Positions 1 through 8,352 of a DNA stretch of 15,070 bases are shown here, piece after piece (within the stretch, counting starts at the first letter, position 1; each line of letters opens with the position of its first letter). The DNA comes from Candidatus Rifleibacteriota bacterium (GTDB taxonomy: Bacteria > Muiribacteriota > Ozemobacteria > Ozemobacterales > Ozemobacteraceae): positions 1-15,070 of the forward strand of contig JBNJGH010000082.1 in assembly GCA_051747585.1 (NCBI GenBank). The letters run 5' to 3'. The notes under the pieces were generated by a model. The model did no database searches. It had not been told where the DNA came from and worked only from the letters and a program-made list of their open reading frames with translations. The position numbers were made by a program, and so were the translations under genes.

Positions 1-1
1 T

Positions 2-970
2 CAAACAAGGTATGAGTCTGTTCTGGCCGTATTTTGTATTATACCCGCCATTTTTTATAAATTAAGCAAAACAGAGTTTGCACGATTAACTTTTAGAAGC
101 ATTATTACCCCCTTTTTATTTTTGCCGGTTGCCTGGCTGAGAATAATTACCTGCAATAGCAAATCATTTCAAGTTAACAACTTAAGCCAGGCATTCGGAT
201 TTGATTTATTAATAAAAAACCTGCAAAATGCCATTCCGTTTTTTGCCGGGCAGAACCCGGATTATGGTATGCTACCTATGGTTAGTCTTCTAGCATGTGC
301 AGGAATTATTAGAATTCTAATTGATCTAATATTGAAAAAAGATTTTAGAAAAAATTGCTGTAACACTTTTGTTATTGCGACTACAGGCCTGATAATCCTG
401 CATGCGCTGGCAAGATTCTTTTATTACTGGGGCAATCTTCAGCTTCAATACACGGCACGACTTGGGATTGTTTTTCTGCCATTTATAATCTTTTTCGCCC
501 TTTATTTTCTCAAAGAACTACAAAATTTATTAAGGTTCAATAATAACTGGCTTTTTATCATTGCCGCCGCTCTTATAATTTATGGCCTGCCGGTTGCTGC
601 CAGAAACAGCGCAGTTAAAGAGATTCACTTTTACCGTGAGTTTAAAACAGTACGAGAATTTATAAGTAAACATTCTTATAAAAAAAGTAATACACTTCTT
701 ATTTCAGAGCTTGCCAACCTCTATGTTCCCTTGCGTTACAGTTCACTATACAATGGTTATGCTCGAATACACCCCCATTTGATAGAAAAATTACAAACAA
801 ATAAAGATTACAAAAGAATAATTGTTATCGAAAAAATCGAAAGAAAAAGCGGCAAAGCCACCAAAGAAACAAAATTAAAAGATATTTTCAAATTAAAACC
901 ACTTTATGAAACAAAGTTCAGCACAAAACATAACCTGAGATTTTACCAATTTATAAAACTACGCAAATGA
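2..970 (+). CDS. Polytopic membrane protein, 5'-truncated by the window edge; possibly a GT-C-fold (lipid-phosphate-sugar-dependent) glycosyltransferase
   Basis: The frame of the 122..970 ORF is open back to position 2 (QTRYESVLAVFCIIPAIF...), so TTG 122 is probably not the true start. Several hydrophobic helices are followed by a soluble Lys-rich C-terminal domain, and the gene lies next to glycosyltransferases. The GT-C assignment is inference from topology and context only. Confidence 0.55.
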   Translation, partial: QTRYESVLAVFCIIPAIFYKLSKTEFARLTFRSIITPFLFLPVAWLRIITCNSKSFQVNNLSQAFGFDLLIKNLQNAIPFFAGQNPDYGMLPMVSLLACAGIIRILIDLILKKDFRKNCCNTFVIATTGLIILHALARFFYYWGNLQLQYTARLGIVFLPFIIFFALYFLKELQNLLRFNNNWLFIIAAALIIYGLPVAARNSAVKEIHFYREFKTVREFISKHSYKKSNTLLISELANLYVPLRYSSLYNGYARIHPHLIEKLQTNKDYKRIIVIEKIERKSGKATKETKLKDIFKLKPLYETKFSTKHNLRFYQFIKLRK

Positions 971-971
971 A

Positions 972-1167
972 CCAGTAATTATTTATTTAGCTATATTAGC
1001 TAGTTTCAAGACATTTTCGTTTTTTTTGTTATATTAAATTTTAGCATATCAAAGATTGCTTCGTCGCTAAGCTCCTCGCAATGACAATTTGGGGCTGTCA
1101 TTGCGAGCGAAGCGAAGCAATCTAAATGTCTTGAAACGGTTTCTGCAAGCAAATGGATAATTACTGG
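972..1167. mobile_element. Putative non-autonomous MITE-like element with nested inverted repeats
   Basis: Outer IR ccagtaattatttattt (972-988) / aaatggataattactgg (1151-1167), 15/17 match. Second, perfect 14-bp IR gtttcaagacattt (1003-1016) / aaatgtcttgaaac (1124-1137). Imperfect flanking direct repeat gcaaatgaac (963-972) / gcaaatggcc (1167-1176), 8/10. No ORF inside. Confidence 0.55.
1053..1123. repeat. REP-like palindromic doublet (GTCATTGCGAG...GAAGCAATC type)
   Basis: agattgcttcg (1053-1063) pairs with cgaagcaatct (1113-1123), and ctcgcaatgaca (1075-1086) pairs with tgtcattgcgag (1096-1107). The unit GTCATTGCGAGCGAAGCGAAGCAATC resembles the widespread (C/T)GTC-tagged palindromic repeat family. 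Confidence 0.8.
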
Positions 1168-1194
1168 CAAATGGCCTAAAGCTGTTGCTATAAA
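1165..1194 (+). promoter_or_regulatory. Possible sigma70-type promoter for the glycosyltransferase-lpxK operon
   Basis: Extended -10-like TGcTATAAA (1186-1194) with a weak -35-like TGGCAA (1165-1170), 18-bp spacer, about 40 nt upstream of ATG 1234. Confidence 0.3.
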
Positions 1195-1233
1195 TGGGGG
1201 TCTTAATTACAATTGTTCAAGATCGGTAAATAC

Positions 1234-3327
1234 ATGAAAATAATCCAGATAATCAATGCACTAACCTACGGCGGGGCCCAGATACTTTTATTTGATCTGG
1301 CAAAACATCTTGAAAAAGAGAACCACCAGGTTTTGATACTGGCCTTTCGCGACGGACCCGTTGGCGAAAAACTTAGACAAAATGGTTTCACTACCATCAT
1401 ACTCGGCGAAAAAATATTAGACCTGCCTGCTTTTTACCAGTTAATACACATCATCAAGAAGTTTGAACCAGACCTGATTCATTCCCATTTATTTCGCGCA
1501 ACTTTCTGGGCCAGACTCTGTAGGTTAATCTATCCAGATTTAAAATTGGTCACTTCAATTCATGGCTGTGAAACTGAAGTTTTTCATCAATTTGAGAAGC
1601 TAACTCATTATTTATCGCACAAGCTTATTTTTCCAAGTCATTTTTTGAAAAACTGGTATTTTAAAAATATTGGCAGAGCAGCAAACACCGAAGTTATATA
1701 CCCCGGGGTCAAATTAGAATCTTCAGCAAATGTACAAAACAACTCCATTCCACTAATTGGCACATTGTCGCGATTACATCCGGTAAAGGGAATAGACTGC
1801 CTGTTAAAAGCCTGTGCAATACTTAAAGCAAAAGATTTTGCTTTTCGATTGTTGATAGGCGGCGACGGCACCCAGAAGAAACAGCTTGAAAAAACTGCTC
1901 AGAGTCTTGGTTTAAATGACATTTGTCAATTCAGCGGTCCAATAACCAACAGTAGAAAATTTCTAGCAAAACTTGATATATTCATTGCGCCTTCAAGGCG
2001 CGAAGCATTCGGTATAAATGTTTGCGAAGCAATGGAACAGGAAATTCCGGTAATTGCATCTTCTGTTGGCGGGTTAACTGAAATCATTCAAAACAATAAA
2101 AACGGTTTTTTGATCGAACCTGACAATGCACAACAGCTCGCTCAAACTATAGCCAGACTTATTTCTGAGCCAGAAAACAGAAAAGCAATCGGTCTTGCCG
2201 CCAGACAAAGAATTATAACGAATTTTAACCGAAATAAGGCAATGACGGCACATATAAAAATTTACAACAATTTTTTGCCATCTAAAATGCGGGTACACTT
2301 TGTGGTGTCCTCGCAAGAGCTTGGCGGAGGCGAAAGACTCGCTTTGAGCTTGATAAGTTATCTTAAAGCAAAAAATATAAAAGTTTCCGCTACCTGCTGT
2401 CCGGGGAAATTAAGTAAAAAATTAGAAATGCTTGGCATTGAGCATTCAACAGCCTCATTAAAATTCGGTGGACTGTTTTTTATTTTAAAACTTTTTAAAG
2501 ATTTAAAAAACTACCGGCCCTCAATTATCAGCAGCCATCTTAACAAGGCGAGCCTGTTTGCCGGAATTTCGCGACTTTTTTATAAAATTCCGGTTGTTTC
2601 TCATGTGCATGGCTTGAACAAACTTTTTTATTATTCTTCAAGTGATCATCTTATAACTGTATCAAAATCTATTTGTGCCCATCTGATCAGGCAGGGTGCC
2701 GGCCCGAACAAAATTACGGTGGTACCTAACTCGGTTAAGCTACAGGCAAAGCCGCCAAGGAAACTTGATCCGGAAAAAAGACTTAAAGTCTGTATAATCG
2801 CAAAACTACATAAAAACAAAGGGCATTTCTGGGCCCTCAAAGCTATTTTGCAAAACTCTACAATACTGCCCAATCTGGAAATTCACCTGATCGGTGAAGG
2901 ACCAGAAGAACAAAACCTCAAAACTCTGGCTGCGAAAGGAAAATTTGATATTCCGGTAATTTTTCATGGTTTTGTAAGCAACCCCTGCAATCTTATTGAA
3001 GAAATGGACATAGCTTTGCTGCCATCTCTGGGTGAAGGAATTCCACTCAGTCTACTCGAGGCAATGAGTTTTGCAATTCCCTGTGTTGCAACAAATGTGG
3101 GCGGTATTCCTGAGATAATTACCCATAACAAAAACGGTATTTTAATTGAAAGCAAAGACGACACAAACCTTGTAAAGACCTTACAACAACTGGCAAAGCC
3201 TGATTTTTACAATAAGCTCAGTGCAGGGGCTCATGAGGAATTTATAAGAATTAACAACCACGATAAAATGCTTACAAACACTCTGAAGGTGTTTGCAAAA
3301 TTTTGGACAAAAGCAGATGAAATGTAA
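1234..3327 (+). CDS. Tandem double GT4-family (GT-B) glycosyltransferase
   Basis: Likely start ATG 1234 (MKIIQII). Two complete GT4 modules: ALTYGGAQ...SRLHPVKG...SRREAFGINVCEAM...VGGLTEII, and from ATG 2287 QELGGGER...AKLHKNKG...SLGEGIPLSLLEAM...VGGIPEII. Both keep the E-X7-E motif. Confidence 0.92.
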   Translation: MKIIQIINALTYGGAQILLFDLAKHLEKENHQVLILAFRDGPVGEKLRQNGFTTIILGEKILDLPAFYQLIHIIKKFEPDLIHSHLFRATFWARLCRLIYPDLKLVTSIHGCETEVFHQFEKLTHYLSHKLIFPSHFLKNWYFKNIGRAANTEVIYPGVKLESSANVQNNSIPLIGTLSRLHPVKGIDCLLKACAILKAKDFAFRLLIGGDGTQKKQLEKTAQSLGLNDICQFSGPITNSRKFLAKLDIFIAPSRREAFGINVCEAMEQEIPVIASSVGGLTEIIQNNKNGFLIEPDNAQQLAQTIARLISEPENRKAIGLAARQRIITNFNRNKAMTAHIKIYNNFLPSKMRVHFVVSSQELGGGERLALSLISYLKAKNIKVSATCCPGKLSKKLEMLGIEHSTASLKFGGLFFILKLFKDLKNYRPSIISSHLNKASLFAGISRLFYKIPVVSHVHGLNKLFYYSSSDHLITVSKSICAHLIRQGAGPNKITVVPNSVKLQAKPPRKLDPEKRLKVCIIAKLHKNKGHFWALKAILQNSTILPNLEIHLIGEGPEEQNLKTLAAKGKFDIPVIFHGFVSNPCNLIEEMDIALLPSLGEGIPLSLLEAMSFAIPCVATNVGGIPEIITHNKNGILIESKDDTNLVKTLQQLAKPDFYNKLSAGAHEEFIRINNHDKMLTNTLKVFAKFWTKADEM

Positions 3328-4372
3328 TAATTTCTTATTTATTTCTCCGGCTAATTTTTTTGGACTTTATCAAAGGCACCAGGCTTTTGCCGAGCTTCTT
3401 TCACAAAAAGGGTTCAAGGTTTATTTTCTCGATCCTTTACAAAATAACGGGTTTGCTTTTAAACGCCGCAAAATTAATAAAAATCTCATTCAGTTGCGCA
3501 TAACGCTTCCATTTAGAGCTGCCAATAAATATTTCTGGCAAAAAATTGCTACGAAACTTTCAATATTGATACTTGAAAAAAAGCTCAGATTAAACATAGC
3601 CCAAAGCGGTTTATGGCTGGCAGAACCCTCTATGGCGTCTTTTTCTGCACTTCCTTACAAACTCAAATTATATGACAGATGTGATTTACATGGTAGTTTC
3701 CCGGGGCAGGATAAAAAAGTCTGGCAAACTTACGAAAAAGAAATCTTTGCCAATGTCGATTTAATTACTTTTTCTCATGATTTTCTCTTAAAAGATATAC
3801 CGGATTGTTTTCACAAAAAGTGCCTCAAAGTCAGCAATGCCTGCAGTGAAAAAATAAAAACAGAACCCGGACCAGCAAATAATGCTGAACCAGAGACAAT
3901 AAATCTTGTTTCGAGCGGCGCACATTTTGAATGGGTAGATATGAAATGGCTGGATATGCTCAGTGACTGCGCCAGGATAAAACTACATATTGCAGGACAA
4001 GGTCGGGGAAAAGAATTTAGACGGCTGACAGGCAAAAACAATGTCTTTTTTCATGGCAAACTCGATCAAAAAAATCTTTATCGACTTTATCAAAACTGTG
4101 ATGTTGGTCTGGTACCTTTTGGCGATTCCGCTTTAACTATGGCAGTTGACCCGATTAAAGCTTATGAATACGCCGCCGTCGGGCTGGAAATCTGGGCGCC
4201 ACCTATAAAGGGACTTATAAATAACAGTTTAATCACTTCTTTTATCGCTACACCTCAGGAGCTGCAAAAGCAGATTAAATCAGGTCATAAGAAGGGGTTA
4301 CACCCAGCCGAAGTTTCCAGGTGGCCACAAAGATTGAACAGAATTCTTGACAGGCTGAAGCTAATAGGTTGA
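3317..4372 (+). CDS. GT-B glycosyltransferase, TuaH-like GT4 subgroup
   Basis: Likely start ATG 3317, overlapping the previous gene by 11 nt. Motifs YQRHQAFA, YDRCD, DVGLVPF and DPIKAYEYAAVG match the QRPQH / YDxxD / PxKxYEYxAxG pattern of TuaH-like enzymes. Confidence 0.8.
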   Translation: MKCNNFLFISPANFFGLYQRHQAFAELLSQKGFKVYFLDPLQNNGFAFKRRKINKNLIQLRITLPFRAANKYFWQKIATKLSILILEKKLRLNIAQSGLWLAEPSMASFSALPYKLKLYDRCDLHGSFPGQDKKVWQTYEKEIFANVDLITFSHDFLLKDIPDCFHKKCLKVSNACSEKIKTEPGPANNAEPETINLVSSGAHFEWVDMKWLDMLSDCARIKLHIAGQGRGKEFRRLTGKNNVFFHGKLDQKNLYRLYQNCDVGLVPFGDSALTMAVDPIKAYEYAAVGLEIWAPPIKGLINNSLITSFIATPQELQKQIKSGHKKGLHPAEVSRWPQRLNRILDRLKLIG

Positions 4373-4381
4373 GATATAAAG

Positions 4382-5335
4382 ATGAAAATTCTTCTTTGCG
4401 GATTTTTTGGTGAAGGTAATCTTGGCGATGAAGCAATCTTAAGGGCTGTTTACGCCAACATTCCTGCTCAGGCGAAACTTGCGGTTACATGCGGCAGGCA
4501 CCTTAGCATGTCAGGACCAGCAATAATAACAAGAAAAGGTCTGAAAGCCTGGCCGGAATATTTGCAACAGGCAAAAGAATCTGATCTTGCAGTTTTCAGC
4601 GGCGGCATTTTACAAGATTGGACCTTTGAAGGCATAACCTTTTTTGCCTTACGCATTCTGGCCGCTTCAATTTTTAAAGCAAAGCCGGCATTAATAGGCA
4701 CCGGATTAGGCCCAATGCGGCGACTGGCCGCCAGAAAAATCAGCAAAAAAGCTTTAAGCAGAGTAAAATACGCCTGGCTACGCGATAAACCTTCGCAAGA
4801 ACTGTTTGCCAAATTAAGTAAAACTCAGGCAAATCTAGGAACAGACTGGACATGGTATTTTAAACCAGAAACAAGCCCCATGGCCTTTGCAAATGGCCCA
4901 ATCGGAATCAACCTGAGAAACTGGCCATACTGCAGATGGCAAAATAGAATCAACGCCAAATTGAAGCATATTGACCGAAAAATTATTGGTATTGCCGCCA
5001 GAAAATCTGATTTTTCCATGATAAAAAAGCTCTGCCCCAGCTCTACTTTAATTAAGCCCGAAACAATAAATGAGCTTAATCTCGTTTGCCAGAACCTGAG
5101 CTTTGGCATAGCAATGCGCTATCACGTTGCATTGACCATGCTTAGATGTGGTTTGCCGGTAGCACTGATTGATTACGACAACAAGGTTGCCAACCTGGCT
5201 GACGAAGCGGGGGTTAAACTACTAAAGCAGGGCATTGTGGGCGATTTTAAAACAGCAGGCCCCAGCTTTTTAAGCGATAATCAATCTCGTTTTGCCAGAA
5301 TGCAATCAGCTTTCGAAGAAATTTGCCGGATCTAA
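4382..5335 (+). CDS. Polysaccharide pyruvyl transferase family protein (CsaB-like)
   Basis: N-terminal GFFGEGNLGDEAIL, then GGILQD, GLGP, LRDKPS, AMRYH and YDNKV, all typical of CsaB/WcaK-family pyruvyl transferases. Confidence 0.88.
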   Translation: MKILLCGFFGEGNLGDEAILRAVYANIPAQAKLAVTCGRHLSMSGPAIITRKGLKAWPEYLQQAKESDLAVFSGGILQDWTFEGITFFALRILAASIFKAKPALIGTGLGPMRRLAARKISKKALSRVKYAWLRDKPSQELFAKLSKTQANLGTDWTWYFKPETSPMAFANGPIGINLRNWPYCRWQNRINAKLKHIDRKIIGIAARKSDFSMIKKLCPSSTLIKPETINELNLVCQNLSFGIAMRYHVALTMLRCGLPVALIDYDNKVANLADEAGVKLLKQGIVGDFKTAGPSFLSDNQSRFARMQSAFEEICRI

Positions 5336-5337
5336 AC

Positions 5338-6345
5338 ATGAGAAGACTTTTACAACCACTGCAATTTATTTATAGATCGGCAACATCTCTAGACTATCTA
5401 TTTTTTAAAACCTTTAATTTTCTTAAATACCGGCCAGAAGCAAAAGTAATATCGATTGGGAATCTTACCACCGGCGGCACCGGCAAAACCCCGGTTCTGT
5501 TTGAGCTCTGCAAAGAATTAAGCTCTTACAATCTCTGCGTTTTAACAAGAGGCTATAGAAGCAAATACGAAAACAGCTTTTACCTGCTGCAGGGCAACAA
5601 CAAGCAAACAGAAAATATTACCGATGAAGCACTGCTGTTCAACAAAAAATTTCCCAACATACCTCTTCTGCTTGGCAAAAGGCGCCATCTTTCGGCCAGA
5701 TTTGCCGACAATAAGTTCCAGCCCGATTACATTTTACTCGACGACGGCTTTCAATACCGACGTCTTCATAAAGACATCAACCTGGTATTATGGGACAGTT
5801 TAAGTACTAACTCTGATACTGAGCTAATACCGGGTGGCAAGCTACGCGAACCTCTCGAAAGATTAAAAGATGCCCATGCAATATTGTTAACACGTTGTGA
5901 ATCATCAACGGCAGAGCAACAGCAATACTGGCAAAAGATTTTAGAAAAATTCGCACCCGGAACAAAAATTATTAAAATTCAAAGTTTTTTTGCCGGGTTA
6001 TATGACTTTTCGAATAAGAAACTGAAGCCAGAAAATTTACCGGCCGACTGTATAGCTTTCAGTGCCATCGGAAAACCTGAAAGCTTTGAAAAGCAGCTTG
6101 AGCGAGCAGAGATAAAGGTTATAAAGCATGTCAGGTTTCGTGATCATCACTGCTATACTAATTCTGAGTTACAAGATCTTTTAAAGCTTAAACAAAATCA
6201 TAATACTGCTTTGATCTGCACCGAAAAAGACAGGGTTAAAATTACCGATGCAATGGCAAAAGAGCTTAATTTAATGACTTTCGCCATTAAAACCCGTCCG
6301 ATATCCGGCAGCACCCTTTTAGAAGAGCTTGCGCCTGTTTTATAA
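5338..6345 (+). CDS. lpxK: Tetraacyldisaccharide (lipid A) 4'-kinase
   Basis: ISIGNLTTGGTGKTP (Walker A), LTRGY, LLDDGFQ (Walker B), GKLREP, FRDHH and TEKD. ATG 5338 lies 2 nt after the preceding stop. Confidence 0.96.
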   Translation: MRRLLQPLQFIYRSATSLDYLFFKTFNFLKYRPEAKVISIGNLTTGGTGKTPVLFELCKELSSYNLCVLTRGYRSKYENSFYLLQGNNKQTENITDEALLFNKKFPNIPLLLGKRRHLSARFADNKFQPDYILLDDGFQYRRLHKDINLVLWDSLSTNSDTELIPGGKLREPLERLKDAHAILLTRCESSTAEQQQYWQKILEKFAPGTKIIKIQSFFAGLYDFSNKKLKPENLPADCIAFSAIGKPESFEKQLERAEIKVIKHVRFRDHHCYTNSELQDLLKLKQNHNTALICTEKDRVKITDAMAKELNLMTFAIKTRPISGSTLLEELAPVL

Positions 6346-6353
6346 AGGTTTCG

Positions 6354-6971
6354 CTACTCAGTGATTGCTTTATCACTGGCTTGTGACTGTTGGTCAGTTG
6401 TTGTTTCTTCTTTTTCGTAATAGCAAAATTTTAAAATAATCAGTTTGATTATTATAAAACTCATAAGTGTACCAAAAAGCCAGCCGGCTAAAACATCAAA
6501 GGGAAAGTGAACTCCGCAGTAGATTCTTGAATACCCGATCAGAAAAGAAATTACAATAAAAGGCAACCCGGCCCAGATGCCTGAATAAAAAGAAATTGCA
6601 GCGGCAAAAGCTGCAGTATTCGAAGCATGATTAGATGGAAAAGACTCGCTTGATTTGCGTGGCAACAGAAGTCTGCACTTAAAGTTGCCGGTTTCTTCTA
6701 TCGAGCATGGCCTGCGCCTGTCAATTCCTTTTTTTAGAATCCGGGCGCATATCAAGTCATTCAAACCGACAGAAACCAGTAATCCAATTGCAAGAATTCT
6801 GATGCGCTTGTCGCAGAATAAAAGCATATAAAACCACGAGATAAAAATAATCGGCATCCAGTTTTTTGCGTTGGTTATAAACGGCATGAACCAGTCTAAA
6901 AACCCATTGGTGAAACCACTGTTAAGAAACATAAAAATACTTTTATCCAGGGCAATTAATGACTCAAACAC
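6354..6971 (-). CDS. PAP2-family membrane phosphatase (undecaprenyl-PP, PGP or lipid A phosphatase type)
   Basis: C1 K-X6-RP (KKGIDRRRP), C2 SFPSNH, C3 SRIYCGVHFPFD, plus hydrophobic helices. GTG start 3 nt after the dnaB stop, with GAGGA inside the dnaB 3' end. Confidence 0.92.
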   Translation of the reverse strand: MFESLIALDKSIFMFLNSGFTNGFLDWFMPFITNAKNWMPIIFISWFYMLLFCDKRIRILAIGLLVSVGLNDLICARILKKGIDRRRPCSIEETGNFKCRLLLPRKSSESFPSNHASNTAAFAAAISFYSGIWAGLPFIVISFLIGYSRIYCGVHFPFDVLAGWLFGTLMSFIIIKLIILKFCYYEKEETTTDQQSQASDKAITE

Positions 6972-6974
6972 AGT

Positions 6975-8321
6975 TTATTCCTCATGATACCGAGTCTCAA
7001 GATTATCGAACCTTGCATAATTAGCGTTGAAAGCAAGTTCTGCGCTACCAACAGGCCCATTACGCTGTTTAGCAATAATAACTTCGCCTTTACCCTTGCT
7101 TTCTTCTTTCTGGGTGTAATAAAAATCTCGATACAAAAACATGACTACATCGGCATCCTGTTCGATTGCCCCAGACTCCCTCAAATCAGAAAGCATAGGA
7201 CGCTTATCGGTTCGGCTTTCGACAGCACGCGAAAGCTGAGACAGACAAATTACCGGAAGATCCAATTCACGAGCAAGACCTTTAAGATTTCTTGAAATCG
7301 CTGAAACTTCCTGTTGTCGGCTTTCAGGCTTGTCAGTACCAGACCAGGTAATTAACTGAAGATAGTCGATAATTATCATCCCGATTTTGTCCTGAGCAAA
7401 AGCTCTTCTTGCCTTACTTCGAATTTCGAGAAGACTCGCGTTTGAGGTATCGTCGATCAAGATTGGGGTGTCGGCAAGACTACCGGCAACAATCGACAGT
7501 TTGCTCCAATCTTCGTCGCCCATATAACCACGTCTGACTTTAGCACCATCGACCCTGGCTTCAGAGCACAAAAGCCTGGTAACCAGCTGAGAATGAGCCA
7601 TTTCCAGGCTGAAAATCATAACCGGAACTCCGGCTTGTGCTGCTGCATACTGGGCAATATTCAGACAAAACGCAGTTTTGCCCATAGAGGGTCTGGCTGC
7701 AAGAATAACCAGATCGGATTTCTGGAATCCGGCGGTATATTCATCCAGGCGGTCGAATCCTGACGGAACACCTGTAACTGCTTGCTTATTGGCATATAAT
7801 TGCTCAAGATAGGCAAAGGTCGGCCCAACCAGATCTTTAACCTTGTAATAGGGCTTGGTAATTTTAAATTTACTAAGCTGAAGAACCTTTTGTTCTGCCT
7901 GATCAATCAGAAGTTCGGCCTGAGACTGGGGATCATACGCGCTGGTAGCGATTTCGCCCGAAAGACTGATCAAGCGGCGCAGCATGGATTTTTCTTTGAC
8001 AATTTTAGCGTAATGTTCTGCATTTCGGGAGGTCGGAACTACATTGAGCAACTGAGAAAGATAAGTAACTCCGCCTACTTCACTTAAACGATCACGAGAT
8101 CGCAATTGCTCCTGCAATGTTATAAGATCGCAGGGCTTTTGATCTTTGTATAAATCTACCAGTGCCTGAAAAATCGATCGATGGGAACTCTGGTAAAAGT
8201 CTTCGGCTTCTACTATTTCAATAGCTGCAACTACCGCGTCTTCGCTGAGCATCATCGAGCCGAGCAAGCTTTGTTCTCCCTCAAGACTGTGAGGTGGTAC
8301 CTTCTGAAATGCTTCTGACAT
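6975..8321 (-). CDS. dnaB: Replicative DNA helicase
   Basis: PPHSLEGEQSLLG N-terminus, AARPSMGKT Walker A, FSLEM, IIIDYLQL, SQLSR, DLRESGAIEQDAD and AKQRNGP. Start ATG 8321 is preceded by GGAGGT. Confidence 0.98.
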   Translation of the reverse strand: MSEAFQKVPPHSLEGEQSLLGSMMLSEDAVVAAIEIVEAEDFYQSSHRSIFQALVDLYKDQKPCDLITLQEQLRSRDRLSEVGGVTYLSQLLNVVPTSRNAEHYAKIVKEKSMLRRLISLSGEIATSAYDPQSQAELLIDQAEQKVLQLSKFKITKPYYKVKDLVGPTFAYLEQLYANKQAVTGVPSGFDRLDEYTAGFQKSDLVILAARPSMGKTAFCLNIAQYAAAQAGVPVMIFSLEMAHSQLVTRLLCSEARVDGAKVRRGYMGDEDWSKLSIVAGSLADTPILIDDTSNASLLEIRSKARRAFAQDKIGMIIIDYLQLITWSGTDKPESRQQEVSAISRNLKGLARELDLPVICLSQLSRAVESRTDKRPMLSDLRESGAIEQDADVVMFLYRDFYYTQKEESKGKGEVIIAKQRNGPVGSAELAFNANYARFDNLETRYHEE

Positions 8322-8352
8322 TTTACCTCCCGCCGCTTTCAAAGTTCTGCCG

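Noticed and set aside
1091..1099. GGGGCTGTC shared with the minus-strand arm of the 8353-8408 hairpin
   Set aside because: It is only 9 bp, partly made of the REP TGTC end, and compatible with chance in 15 kb.
972..1167. CRISPR array or tRNA in the palindromic intergenic region
   Set aside because: The repeats are inverted and nested rather than direct with spacers, no cas genes are nearby, and there is no cloverleaf or T-loop consensus.
1638..5109. Short minus-strand ORFs opposite the glycosyltransferase and pyruvyl transferase genes
   Set aside because: They lie wholly within well-supported genes on the other strand and show no recognisable motifs; they are shadow ORFs.
1213..5337. Upstream TTG starts at 1213, 3293 and 5323 from the ORF track
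   Set aside because: Downstream ATGs (1234, 3317, 5338) fit the domain starts or operon spacing better. Start choices remain unverified.
6975..8321. Intein in DnaB
   Set aside because: The length is normal (448 aa) and the ARPSMGKT and LRESGAIEQDAD motifs, the usual insertion points, are uninterrupted.
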